DNA of 64,000 bases. Source: Spizellomyces punctatus DAOM BR117 (taxonomy: Eukaryota). The stretch lies in assembly GCA_000182565.2 (NCBI GenBank), contig KQ257466.1; one strand, given 5' to 3'. The notes beneath the pieces were generated by a model. That model did not search any database and was not told the origin of the DNA. It was given only the letters and a program-made list of their open reading frames with translations. Shown piece by piece: positions 12,401-26,037 of this stretch. The stretch's first letter is position 1; each line of letters starts with the position of its first letter. A program made the position numbers and the translations under genes.

Positions 12401-14822
12401 GTCTCTTTCTTTCGAATAACCCGGATGAAAATGTTCCCATCCCCATCCTTGTCACTCTCCACCATGCTTTCCGCATATTCCCTCAAGTTTGGCACACTTG
12501 GCCGCTTCTTCCGAATCTTGGCGCTCCAGGTAGCAAACCACTTTAATGACCGTCCTGGCTTCCCCTCCACACCGTCTGACGCATTCATGTCCTCTGCACC
12601 AGTAGACTGAGAAATAGGGAATACTGCTCGTATGTTTCTATCAAGCAGGGCGTTCAACGCAGCAACCCATTTCTCTTTTTGTTCCGGATTGAACGCAGTA
12701 ATGGATAGTGTCCTCGCTTTGCTCTCTTCAGTGAGGTACGATATTTGAAACGATAGATTGAAAGCTGCAAACGAGATCAGGATCCTAGAATAGTCTCCAG
12801 GCAAGATCAAACTGGGCACCTACCATCTCCTTCCACATGGTCATTCACCGCAAGCACTACCGTCCTACTCAATGGTAATTTCTCAATAAGCTTAAAGGTT
12901 ATGTCTCCAGTTTTATTGTTCAGTGGCCGAGCGATGACCAAGACGTATTCGAGTAGATAGAATTTTCGCTCTCGTTTCCGAACGCTCTCCTGCAGTTTGA
13001 GATTTCCTTCTAGTACCATGTCACCGTACAACTCAAGAGACGGGCCCTGTTGATAGATTAGATTCGCATGGTCCGACAATGTTAAACAGTAATATTCCCG
13101 TACCTCCCACCCATCGATTCGCCCACTGAGGCTCCGGATCATGGCCCTGCGCTCAATGAGCTTCCTTCTATCCTCAATGCTGGTCAAAATCTTATCTAAT
13201 CGCTGGCAGGCGGTAGAGAGTGATTCGAAATCAGCGTGTTGCGGATCGGTTCCACTCAATAGATTCTTCAAAGCCATGGAAAACTTGTTTTTCCATTGAG
13301 CAGGTTTGTGCAGGAATGAAACCATATGGAGAATGGGCGGAGTGGAATTGCTGCTCGTCGTCTACAGCAAGTTTAGATATGGTTCAATCGGCTATGTCAT
13401 GCTCAAGTATATGATGTCCAGACATACCTGTAAAAATCGTGTCATCAATGAATTCTGCCCATACTTGGTCGAAACCGTCATAGCATTCGGTAGATTTCCA
13501 CAGTACTCATTATAAACTTCGCTGAATCGATCGGACTGACAAGGTTCTTTCGCTTCAGTACAATTGTTTTTTTGCAAGTAATTGCATTGGCGACATCTTA
13601 CCAAACTCAGGAACGCTTGGCCAAATAATTGTGACCCTCCGGCAGCGCTTTCAAGGGCCTCTACCAAATCCTTTTCAAAATCAACCAAATCTTCTATGTT
13701 TCCAAAAATTGTCTGATGATCGTTGGGCGGAAACCAATCGAGCTGATACAGTGGGTAGACAAATTCCTTTATGACAGAAAATAATGAGTTTCGAACGTCG
13801 TGATGCCAGCAATTGTCACATGTCACACTCACATCCATAAACCGCTGGAGAGACTCAAGATATTGCTTTTCCGCAGCGATAAGTGAGCCAGCCAGTGCGA
13901 TTCGATATCCCTCCTGCTTTGCAGTCTCTGGATCGGTATTTGCATCGGACGGGCATTGTACACTTTGGATTTCGTTGTTCATAAGCATTGTTTTGACACG
14001 GAGGTCGTCCAGCTCTTCAAGTGTGTTGGCAAATGGTCCAATCTACATGATCAAATGTATCAGCATCGGGTGCTATGTTCCCTATGTGGCGGATCAATTA
14101 ATGAGACGATTTTACCTCTCCGTCCGCCAGATCCTCTGGAGCCACGGTGTAGTTCTCCACATGATTCGCAGGAAACCATCCGACACGCTGGTCCAGCTGT
14201 CCTTCCCACCAACCTCCTTCTACCTTCCTCACCACCCGAATCACCTGGCCCTCTACAAAGGACAACTCATCATTTTTGTCCGCTGTGTATGGGTAGCTCG
14301 TGATGCAAAGTGTCAAATTCGCAGGGTTGAGAAGATGCTGCTCATCGCAGCTTTCATCCTTTTCCGGAGACCGCGGAAGCGACGTAGCCTGACGGTTACC
14401 CACCGGTGGTGAAGGTGAGCGACGCGCTGATATACCAGAGACATGTCAATGAGAGTGCAAAGGACCAATTCAAAAAACGGTGAGACTCCAGTACCTATGT
14501 CACACTCTCGTAGTATGTGCTGTCCGTCCACGCGGCGCAGTGGAGTTTTGCGGGCTCCGGGGTGTGGTCTCGATGATTTAAAGATGCTCACGGGTTTATA
14601 ATCTAATGTATTGGGTGACGAAGTGGGCGTTGCTTTCTCTGCATGGATGGAGGTGAAATGCTCTGGGATCCAGTGCTCCAACGTTGTTACACCTAAGGAT
14701 ATCGGGATCTCGGGTAGGGAATAATGGCAGTCTAGTGATCCCTCAAGGTGCGATCCTTCGCCTTTTCCCGGCAGAACCATCTGCGGGGCATCGCCAGGAG
14801 CTACTTCCTCAGTTGTAAGCAT
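9478..14822 (-). CDS. SH3-DH-PH Rho GEF, betaPIX/ARHGEF7-like, with long Ser/Pro-rich tail and C-terminal coiled coil
   Basis: SH3 YPYTADKNDELSFVEGQVIRVVRKVEGGWWEGQLDQRVGWFPANHVE; DH helices AEKQYLESLQRF, IFGNIEDLVDFE, FLHKPAQ; PH YGDMVLEGNLK..ERKFYLLEYVLVIAR..EQKEKWVAAL; multi-exon. Confidence 0.85.
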
Positions 14823-16595
14823 CGTAGCAACACGAGCGCCAGTCTACATGAAATATAATGATCCTCTTCAGTAAACTCTCAAATGACAAATGGCCACAGC
14901 GATGCTCTGCTTTGTTCCATACACCGAAACTTACGTTCTGGTTCTTCTTTGATTCCAAATATGAACACTGTTTTCCCTGTTCAAGCGAAGCGATCGTAAA
15001 CAGCGAACAAGAGCGTTTTGAAGCGTGCCTTTCTGCGTTCCAAGCAGGCAGAGAGGCTCGTCCGACGAGGCTGCGCAGACAAGACCACGGCGGGGCTAAG
15101 TTTCAATGTCAGTCTGTTCAGCAGAGGTTGAAGGTTTGAGGCTGGTTCTGACGTTTGGGTAGCTCTCTTGATGTCTGTGCGGTGCCGCCAGTATGTGGGT
15201 CTTAACGCTGAGCTGACACGTCCACCCGTGATAGACAAAACGGTAGTGGTTTCCTTGGGCGACTCTCTCAAATCACGTTGTGTCAAAGGAATGGGAATGC
15301 ACAGAATAGCGCTGGGAGGCAATGTTAGCTTGTGCTGATCCTCTTGCACGAAACAAAAATTCTCGACATGCAGCTGTTTCACAAAAGCAGCTGGGAAGGA
15401 ACGAGATGTGCGATCTATGGGTAAGGAAATCGAGAGGGGGAAAAGGACGTCAAAACGAAGCGCCGGCCAAGGCAGAGTTCCTTCCTGACCTCCTCCCACT
15501 CCATGTTGGTTTCCAAGCCCCTTGATGAGTGATAAATGATTCCAATGCGGATTGTTATTTGGACTTTTGGCATGTGTTATGCATTCGATTTTTGGATAAT
15601 TTAATCATTTATCAGAAATGGACAGAGAGCAAAGGTGAAAATGGAGCACAAAGGCAAAAAGCAAAAAATCCCGTCATGCAAGCGGACAAGGCAAACATTG
15701 GGCAAACTTTGTCATCCGCATGGTTTTTATCAACACAAAAACAAAAGGCAAGATTGCGAGCAATTTGACACATGAGCGTTTGAAATTCGGCCGCCGTCGA
15801 CGTCATTTGCCGAGACTTTGCGGCTCTGCTCAAGTGTCAAAGACAAGTAGAAGGAACAACTCGCGAAGCCTCTGCAGGAACACAGCCAGACGAGTTTTGC
15901 ACGTGTAAAAAGCGTCCATCACGGCGGCGTGGAACAGGGCGACCCGCCAACTGGGTGCTGAGTTGCGACAAATGTTTTCATAAATTTGGCCAAACTACCC
16001 CAAACTTATGCCAATCCCTACGCAACCCTAACTCCAGTTATGAGGGGTGTGCAACGGACATTTTCGGACAGCTCCGATAAAATTATAACCGGCTTAAAGT
16101 GGTTTGTTTTCGGTGATCACCATCACATCAATTAATCGATCGTTGACGATTCAACCTTGTTCAATAAACTGTCACGCTTGTTGATGGTTTTCAAAGCAAC
16201 TTCTCTTGCCCGATACAGTGCCGTCTAGAGGATGTGCCTTCCAGCAATGCAATATAGCTTTGGAATCGAGTGTATGATGTATGATCCCAGGGCTATTGAT
16301 AAAGCGCGGGAGCAGATGGAGACAGTATGCGTTAGACGAACTTGCAAGTCAAGGACAGAATGGAAAGAAGTTATTTTGTTTGGGTGTTGAGCGCTGGTTT
16401 GCTCGCCGATCCAGCCGATCAACACGGCACGTGATTGCGGCATTCTCCTAAGTGTCGATCACACATTGCCTGCGCATGGTGTGTGTGGGGAAGCAACTTG
16501 TGCATTGCATTTCTTCCCCGCGCGCGGCCCATTTCTTTTATTTAGGCCGTCAGCGTATCCTCCCCCAGTCCAAAAGGTATCCAAATAATCAGAAA

Positions 16596-19543
16596 ATGTC
16601 GGATCTCTTCCAATTCTACGCACGGAATAGAGGGGTTGTTGTGCCGGATTTGCTAGCCGCTAGTGTTCTACACAATCCGTCCAGTCAAGAAAGTCCATAC
16701 TCCCTTCTCGCTCTTCTCGGTTCAAAGTTTGATTTACGTCGATCAAAGGGGCTGACTTCGTACCTTGTACGCCATCCTGATGTCCTTGAAATCTTGTTCT
16801 CCACCCTATGTGGAATGGCTCCCGATGTGGTTGAGATCGAGCGCCACGTCATGTCCCTTCCCGCTGGGTCACTAGGAACTGATACGAAGCGGATGAGTTT
16901 TGTCAGTTTCTTGGAAAAATGCGAGACGTTGAGCAAAAGTGACGCGTCGGTTGAATCTTTATATAAAAGACTGCTGGATCTGCTGGAGCACGCTGATGTC
17001 TGCTTCGTATGCATGGATCGCAGTGTCGATATTGTCTTTGAATGCGGTCATGTTCTCTGCGAGGAATGCTCATTACAGATATTCGAACGATGCCCCTTTT
17101 GTCGGAGAAACATCAAGGATCCTGCGCATCGGATGCATCTATCCGACGTTCGAAATGCCAGTGCTATGGAGATAGAGGCGCCTGTCAAGTCAGCACCACA
17201 GCGTGCGCGTCAATCTTTAGAATTGCGAAAGGATAAATCTGCATATTTGGTAGAGCGTATTGAGGCTCTTCAGTGCAACACAACTACGCTGGATGAAGCT
17301 GAAAAGACAGAATGGAATCTGTTGGTTGATCGGGCACCGGATACTGTTAAGACTGCAACACAGTCAAATCCTTTCCGATCACAGGAGACCAAAGCCTGGG
17401 TTTGCGCAAAATTGATCCTAAAGCTTGCACCGCTTCATAAGGGCAAGCCATGGACGGAAGCAGAAAGGCAAACAGCGTTCGAGTAAGTGACTTATACGTG
17501 TCGTTCAACGTATGGCCTTGACTTTGACCGTCTTTTTCAATAGAATTGTTCGAAATGTCACTACACCATCGCAACTCCACCGATTTCTCGCCGTCATTGC
17601 TGGCAATGATCCTACTACCGATGCCCAGATTAGCCGCTCAATGCCCCGTAAACTCCGAACATTAGTGACGCATATTGTGAATAATATCAAATCCGGCGCT
17701 GATTCCGTAGACTTTCATCGGAGAGACGACAAGGGCTTTTGGAAAATGCTTTTTGCAAAAGTGCATATCACGGAGAAGAGAAAGCGCAAAAGGTTTGCGA
17801 AGGCTCAGGCTACCGGTATGTATTTATGTGACTTCAACCCTAAATGAGCGACAGTTTTAAAGCTTTCCCCCAGCCACCGTGCTCAGGACAAATAAGCTCT
17901 CCGACGACCAACGTGCTGAGGCGATCAAGTTTAAAGTTTTGGATACGAATGGACAACGTCCGAAAACATCAATCCATGATCTGAATGTTGCCATACGTGA
18001 TCGCGACGTGTCAGCTATAGTGGCTAGCTTGTCCAAAGATAGTGGCCTGTGTTTCCGATATCTTCGCTTACTGGCTACACGTTTGCGAGATAGCATCGAG
18101 GATGTAGAGAAATGGAGAGCTTTCGTGGAAAAGATGGCGCCACAGTGGAGTGTTCGACAGTTGATTGAACTCAAGCATATATTCGTAAAGTGCTTGGAAC
18201 AGTCAGAGGACGATAACAATGTAGAGATAGGAGCTGCCTCGAATCCTGTTGGTGAATCGGCGGAGCAGACCACGAAATGTAGGCGAGTCATACTTACCCG
18301 GAAGGGATCGCTGTATCAGGAGCCACCAATCAGTGATTCTGACGAGGCTTTCCCCCTCTATCCACGAAAGGACATAACGCATGTTGCTCTCCAGTGTCTG
18401 GAAGCACAAATTGAGAGTAAACTCACCTTGTCCGACAGATTCCATGGCGTGCTTTTGGAGGATACCCCAACATCACGGTTAGGCTACAGAGACCGCCTAC
18501 TGCCACGTGGCAACCCACCCAACGTTCCTCAATGGGCACTGAAGCAGATTTTCAATCGGGGCGACTTCATACCCCTTCCTTTGAACTCTGAAATTCTGGC
18601 GTATATCTATTGGAAGCAGAAAATAGACCGAGTCGACCTAGATCTATCCGTATTCGGAGTTGACGAACAATGCGTGGCTGTCGCAGGTGATACGAAATGC
18701 GATTATACCTCCCTAGACGCTTTCGGCGGTGCAATGCAGCATAGTGGAGACCTGATGTCAGCACCTAACGGGGCTTCAGAATATGTTCGCTTTCGCATTC
18801 GAGATGTCCTTCAAGCGAGTCCTCAGACGAGGTACCTTGTCGTCTCAGTGTTTTCTTACAATAAGGTGGCGTTTGATAATTTGGACTGTGCAATTGTCGG
18901 TGCTGGCGTTCTACCTGCTGGAGCAGCGGAACACGAGGGGGACGTGGAGAGCAACGCAAACCTCCATCTAGCCGAATCCGGCCCAGCGTCATCGACTACC
19001 CTCGGAGTCGCTGGTCTTCGTGGCTCATCGATGATGAACTTGGCTGGCATTATTGATTGCAACCCCGAGAATCCCGGGATGTGGTTGACTGGCATCAATG
19101 TTGGTGGCGCATCAAACTCGTTTCTTTCTGTTGACAGCAATGGGGTGACGGTTTGTAGGGACGTGGCGGGATTCTTGAAATGGAGAGCCACGAATGCCCC
19201 ACCAAGTGTGGAGTGGGTATTGGCACATGCCGGGGCAGCGATTGGAACTGTTGCTGTAAAAAAGTCCAGGGGAAAGCAAGAGTTGGAGAACATGCTGCAT
19301 GATATGAGTATAGATGAGACAACTCTGGGCGATCAACAAACGGGACAGAATGATGCGGAGGACTATTTTGAAATCTATCACCGACAGCCAACGGAAACTA
19401 AGGAGACGTTTATGACTCGCGTACTAACTCCTGGGATGGAACCTGATCTGTGCGTCAATGACTTGAAAGAAGTGGACGTTACAGGGAACGATGGGGGTGT
19501 GAAGCGCAAATGGCTGGATGATTGGAAGGTTGTATATGCCTAA
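16596..19543 (+). CDS. RING-finger plus TerD-like domain protein, resembling bacterial MXAN_6230/SCO0854-type RING proteins
   Basis: Exons 16596-17482, 17544-17815, 17874-19543. RING CFVC..CGHVLCEEC..CPFC; TerD-like IYWKQKIDRVDLDLSVF..CDYTSL..HSGDLMSAPNGASEYV..RYLVVSVFSYNKVAFD. Confidence 0.8.
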
Positions 19544-19810
19544 CCCGGACTCAAGATTGTATATCCATTTTAATATGTGTAATTATCTCATGTGGTCGAA
19601 TACATCAACTGTAGCTACCAACTGGATTTTATCCAATCGTCTGAGCATTGGTTGAAAGTTGAGGTTACCCAGTGTAAAATCAGGGATGAGCATTATTCCC
19701 GAAATACATCACGGTTGCCTATTAACACTCTGGTACAACTACACATACCATCTAACTACAGTGATTCAAAAGTACATATATAAGAAACGAGGCTCCGAGA
19801 AACAATCAAA

Positions 19811-20414
19811 CTAGAGCACAAGAGCTACGACACCAGCCAAGCCAGCCGCAGCAGCACCAGTAACAACATTCATCAAGTTCTGGCCAACCGCACTGTTCTT
19901 CTGGGCTGACGTTGCAGGAGGAGTAGCTGTAGCAGACGGCGCTGAGCCGACCGGTGTGGGCGTCGCGGAGGGAAGAACAGAGGTAGTGGCAGTCAAGTCC
20001 CAAGGTGCAGGTCGAGGAAGGGCGGCAGGGTTCAGACCTGCGGCTCCGCAAAGAGCAGTTTGCTGCGGTAAAGCTCCTCCATCCCGTTCAGCAGTGACGT
20101 TAGGGCTGCTCGCGCACAGGTTGTAACAGTTGCTGAAGAACACAAGAAAAAAAATAGCGTGTTAGCGTCGGGTAAAGAATCAGAACACACTGCAAACACA
20201 GCAGGCAAAGAACATACACATTGTTGACTGCGGCATAACACAAACAGTACGAGTATAATGTCGCATTTGCCCTAGGACCCGTCTGAAGAGGGCCGCAAGT
20301 GGCCTGCCTAAACTGGTCAATGCTTGTCTTGCAAGCGGTGAAACCATTCATGTCACATGGTGCTTGCGCGAGGACCGAGGCGAAGAGAGTCAAAATGATA
20401 GTCAAGGACTTCAT
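19811..20414 (-). CDS. Small secreted Cys-rich, probably GPI-anchored surface protein
   Basis: Signal peptide MKSLTIILTLFASVLAQ, Cys-rich domain, Ser/Thr/Pro stalk, NSA omega-like site and hydrophobic C-terminus; one intron at about 20139-20219. Confidence 0.75.
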
Positions 20415-21416
20415 GGCTGTTCAAGTGTTAGATGAGTGTGTAGCGATGAGATGCAAGGCAAGTCAAAGCAGCCAGTGCTTTTTGTACTGCGAACAAATGG
20501 AATTCCCAGCCCGATTTTTGCTTCTTTGGGACAAAATGAAATTCACGTCACGTTAACGACGTGAGGCTTCTTTCCTTTTTCGCTTCGTTTCCATCTGTTC
20601 CGCATTGCAAAAAAAAGGTTTTGGAAAAGCAAGCAGAGCGCTGCTGCGCAAAAGCGAAATGTGATGACGGAGAACAAACTTCCTGTTATGAAGGGGGGTG
20701 ATCCCCTAAGGCGAGTTTGGGGCGCGCGTTTCCAGCAGTTGCTGTGCGGTTGGTAGGACTGAACGCCATCAACACCCATGAGGTTGTTTACCCTTTTGCT
20801 ATTTGCTTGCAAAGGCAAGGTTGTTTGGGCATTTGGTTATGACTTGTAGTAGAATCACGCATTGGACCGCATACGCCAGAGCACACGCGTACACAACAAT
20901 ACTTGAAACTGTGTGCATTAGTGTTCAAAAATGGTTATCCCAGCCGGAGTGCGAGCTGCGTGCTTACTGGGTGGTAAGGCATTGCTTCATGTGTGGACCG
21001 AACGGATTAGAACGCATTCGCAGTGCCTGAAAGAACTTTGTCGGACTTTTGTCCACCGTCCTAATGCCATTTCGCAAAGCCTCCCAATTACACAATCCAA
21101 TATCTTGCATCGGCTGCAAGATATATTTATATGGATCGATCATTAAAGCCGGAAGGGAATTCTTGGATGTCACGATGCATATCCCTGGAATCCATTCTTT
21201 TGTCCAATGCAATGCAGTACCAGAGAGACCGCTGGATGATGGCTTAGCTCCGAGATGCACGTGCGAACCTTAAATATGCTATAGCCTGCAACTTTTCCTG
21301 AACCTTGTCCTTGGTCTTTCCCAGCCCATTGAAAGGGAAACAAAGGGACAGAGACAGCGCAGAAAGCTGGCAACTGAAAAGCAGGTTGGGGTGGAGAACC
21401 GAGATCTTGCGTAGCA

Positions 21417-23437
21417 ATGGCACGAACACGGAGAGCATTGCCCATCCAATACGTCTTGACACTTGCGCTAACATGTCTGACTGCTCCGCTCCTTTTTGCA
21501 AATGTTGCTCGTTTTGTTGCGCCAATCTACGGTCACTTCCTCGCAAGCCAGTACCACTTTCACGCTGCAACTGCGTCAGTTTTGATCGGTGGGGTGTTGG
21601 GTTACTTTAGAGTTCCAAAGAATGCACGGTTGCCTTTGTCGATAGGCATAGCGTCCCTATTGGGACTAATGATTGGCTACATGCGCTTCTCCTTCGACTA
21701 TAGTGGCACACTAGGTCCTACATTCGGCCCTCTTGTGAGCATGGCAATAGTCTATCCAGTCCTGGGCCTCCAAGCCGCAGCATTAGTATCGAGACTCCCG
21801 CAAAAGAAGATGGACAGTGCTCTCCTCGTTTGCGGAGTGTTAGTTGGCAGTTTTTTGAATGCGAAGAAAGTAGACACATTAGCTCGGAAGTTGGTGGATG
21901 TGAAGACGTGCGGCATCATCGACCTGGCAATTTATGGATGGATTACATTAGCGTTCTTGGATGCACTGGACATGTGGCCCCGCACGGTAGACGTACCATC
22001 ACCTGCGTTGCAGGAAGAGAAATCCAACGCAGATAGTAAAGGAGAAAAAAAGGGGAAAAAGAGAACATCTGGCAAACAAGAAGAAAAAAAGGAGACTGGT
22101 GTGCAATCGACCGCACCTCTTCCAGCATCCGACGGTCGTAGTGTGATGAGCAAGAGCTTTAACCTTATATTGGCTATCGCACTACCGCTGCTCCTACGGA
22201 GCTCTTTCGATGGAGGACTTCAGTGCAACTTGCCCTCTGTCAAGGTGAGAAGGTGAGTGATTGGATTTAGACATCCAAACCTCACATCGTCTTGTATTTA
22301 TTGGGAGATCGTAATGGAATCTAAGTCACCCTCTTTAGCCTGAGCAACACGGCAAGTACTCAATTCTAGCGCGTGACGAGTCTGTCACTGGCTACCTGTC
22401 GGTCATTGAGGATCCCAATCTCCACGATGGTACACGCTTTTTGCGCTGTGATCATTCTCTCATCGGCGGTGCTTACCTGCAGCATGAGATGGATTCTGTC
22501 TTTGGATCGTTCTACTATCTTGACTTTGTTCGCTTTGTCGACCGCAAAAAGGACGACACTGAGAGGGCTTTGCAGATGTAAGCACCTCGTCGTGGTATCT
22601 TTCCTTTCTACAAGCTTGATACTGACGGCAATATAGCGGATTGGGCATAGGTGTGACAACGCGGTCGCTGACCCTTCACACACCAATCCAGGTAGACTTG
22701 GTGGAACTCGACCCGATTGTGTATACCTATGCACGCAAGTATTTTGATCTACCGGAACCTCATTCTGTTCACTTTGGGGACGGCCGGGCTTTCCTCGATG
22801 AATCTCCCGACGGTGTATACGATTATGTTTTACATGATGTGTTCACGGGAGGCTTGGTTCCGTCAACGTTATTTTCGGTTGAAGCGCTTCAGAATGTCCG
22901 CAGGGTGTTGAAGCCCAACGGAGTTTTGGCTTTGGTATGGCTTATCTCTTACTCTGTCTTGACAAGCCGAACGGCTTTTTCTTAAATTGATATCTGATGT
23001 TAGAACTACGTTGGAACACTGGATTCTCTCGCCACTAAGGCCGTCATCAAGACTTTACATACAGTATGTCACGTCTTTCATGTCATTCCGTGGCTGCTAC
23101 TTATCAATTATAACAGGTGTTTCCGAACCTCGAATGCTATACAGAAGACCCTAAAGAAGCAGCCGGTCCGGATGCCATATATAACATTGTTTTCTTTGCG
23201 TCGAGCAAGCGGATTGTATTTCTCCCCCCGAGCCAGGATGACATGGCGAGAGGAGGCTTGTATGCAGAGTTTCTCAAGACATTTGATGATCATCGGGTTG
23301 ATCTGGATTTCAGAACCGTGGCTGGGGAGCTGATGACGGATAAGAAAAACATGTTGCCCAAATTACAAATTGAGAGCGCTAAGAAGCATTGGAAAGTGAT
23401 GAGGACGCTGTTCGGGATCGAGTTTTGGGGAGTCTAA
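21417..23437 (+). CDS. Multi-TM membrane protein fused to a spermidine-synthase-like SAM methyltransferase domain
   Basis: Hydrophobic N-terminal ORF 21417-22256; spliced IGLGIG motif, VELDPIVYTYARKYF, GDGRAFL, YDYVLHDVFTGG, VLKPNGVLAL. Confidence 0.8.
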
Positions 23438-23771
23438 AGACTTTGTATGCCGTTGTGCAAGGAGTGCCTTATTCCTAGGGCCAAAGTCTCTAATATATTT
23501 GATGTTCACTGCTTTGGCTGTGTATATCGCACATTAAACTGATATTGCCTTTTACCTAACGCCTGCATTGACTTGGTGCTATCTGTTGTCTTAATAACCT
23601 CACTTACAGCCGAATGGAATGTCACTAAATGCGCGACTGTTTGGATTGTGTCATGATGTGTCATCAGTCGGCAAGCCACGAGATAATGTTCTCCTTGGTA
23701 CATGGTCATCCTCATGTTCCTCGCACCCGTCGCTTTATGCTTCCAGCTATCAGAATTCTTGTAAAGCCAAT

Positions 23772-25341
23772 ATGGATCCTGGTGTTCAGTCTGCCATCAC
23801 TGAAGGCTACAATGCTCTTGGCAAGGTTCCCATATCAGCTCTGCTGAGGCACCGAAGGTACAGAAAGGGGTCGTCGGGTTTGATTTCTGTCCCAGACGAC
23901 ACAACGTTAGGCGAAGTGATGTCGCTGTTGCGGACTGAGGGAATCCTCGCAGTTCCCGTTTATAAAGAAGTTGAAGGGGATACCTTTGGCAAAGAATATA
24001 CTGGTGGGTATTCGTAGAAAACGCCGGTATCGACTTTAATTTACAATGCTTTTCGGTAGGCATCGTCAGCATCTATGATGTTCTGGCGTTCACGGTCTTT
24101 CAAAAAATATTTGATCAAATGGAGTATGTTGTTCCGTTTACCCACGCTGTGAACCCCCTGGTATGTCTGGAGTCTAAACCCTCTCTGGATTTACCAGCCC
24201 GGGGAGTAGCGAGTTTGTTGGAGATGACGAAGACAAACTGAAAGACTTTATCGACTCCATAGTGGAGGGGCAGCAAGTTTACTTTAACACTCCGGTGAGG
24301 TCGGGTTCATATTGACATTTTTAGTCATGGAGCCTCATGCCATGCAATTCGTGTGTAGGTTAGGGATCTTGTAGGCATGAGTCGCGAAAGCCAAGAATCC
24401 TGGACGTTGAACTCGTCCAGTCCTATATCAAGCCTTTTGCAAATGCTCACCACCGCAGCCTATCATCGCGTATTGGTAATTGACGAGGACGCTTTGGCTG
24501 CCTCTGCCATGGGCGACGACGATGGACCTGGTCCGACTGCTCCACCAACTGGATCATCTATCACAATGGTGACTCAGGTAGGTGTGATTAGTAGCAGCGG
24601 TTAAGGCATTTCTCTAGCTGATTGTTTTATACCAAGACGGACTTGTTATATTTCCTCATGGAACATACAGATATCGCCCCAAAATTGATGGCTACTATTC
24701 TCAATTTGCCTGCTCAAACTGTTGACGAACTTGCTGCACGACGTGCCACAGAAGGAGATGCAAACCAAGTGTCAGGAAACCGTAAACATACCAGTAGGGT
24801 AGTGACAGTGCCAGATTCGGTTACCGCGCTTGAAGCATTCCGGTAGGTCTGTCTATGAGATTCTTACATAGCAGCAGTGAAGTTACAGTTGGGTCCATAT
24901 TTTCAAGTGTCATGTACACACACGGAGTAACCGCCGTTCCAGTCATTGATAAAGACGGCGGATTAGCTGCCAACTTGAGTGCATCGGACCTTCGTGGGAT
25001 CAGTACAACAAATCTAGAGTGTCTCCTTGATAACGTCTATACCTTCCTTGAGGTAGACACTAGAAGACGAGCGGATCAAGTGAAAGCAGACCAACTCAAG
25101 TTTGTTGAACCTGAAGCATCATTGCAACAGGTCGTCAATTTGGTAAGATGATGATCAAGCGGATAACACTTTTGCAACCTTTGCAATTGTCATCTTACTG
25201 ATCAATCATTTATAGATGCTTGGGTCCCATGTACATCGTGTGTGGATTGCAGGAGAGGGGGATAAGCCTATTGGTGTCGTAACTCTCTCCGATGTCCTGA
25301 GTACACTTGTACCGGATGGGATGATGGCCGTGGAGCAGTAA
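23772..25341 (+). CDS. CBS-domain (Bateman) protein, SNF4/Sds23-like family
   Basis: CBS motifs GILAVPVY..YTGIVSIYDV, YHRVLV, GVTAVPVIDKDGGLAANLSASDLRG, VHRVWI..PIGVVTLSDVL; multi-exon. Confidence 0.85.
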
Positions 25342-26037
25342 AAGGTCGTCTGTTTGGTGTACCCACGGTGTGGCCGTGGCAGTGCATTTTGGTTCTTGTA
25401 TATTCTTTGGTTTCAATTCATTGAGGCATAATCACATCTTCCCTGATACTAATTTTGGTGGACTATTCTGAGTACCTCCGTTGTTTTGTTCCATTTGGAA
25501 ACAATACCAAGATTTGTATCCCATCATCAGGGTTGTGGATTGTCTGCGGAAAATTGTCTCAAATGGGAAATTTATATCTTTATTTACCGAACAATCACCT
25601 CTCCGAACAACATTAAGGGATAATAGACAGGTCTAGCTTTAAGACTGATACAACACGCTCCCTTGGGGATCCGGGCGCCACGGTCATCATCATGACAGCG
25701 ATCTGACTTTGGAAGCAAAACAAAATCGCTTTTGGAGTCAATTACCCAGAAATTTCCTTTGATATGAGGCGCACTGAACTTTGGCAGATCCTTACACATC
25801 CTTACTGGGTAGCTGAGCCGGTACGGATACGGCCTAGTAGAATCCCATAGTTTAGATGACAAAGAATAATCTCATCTTAAGAACAATGGCTTCCGGTAAA
25901 GCAAAAACCATGTATCGTCTCACAGTGCTCAATCGGACACTCTTGCGCTACTTTCTTTAAAGCGGAGAATAGCTCTGTTTTCTCGAGTTTATTTTCACAT
26001 ACTCGTGCTTCTTTCGTGTTTCGTTATTCTAAATAAG

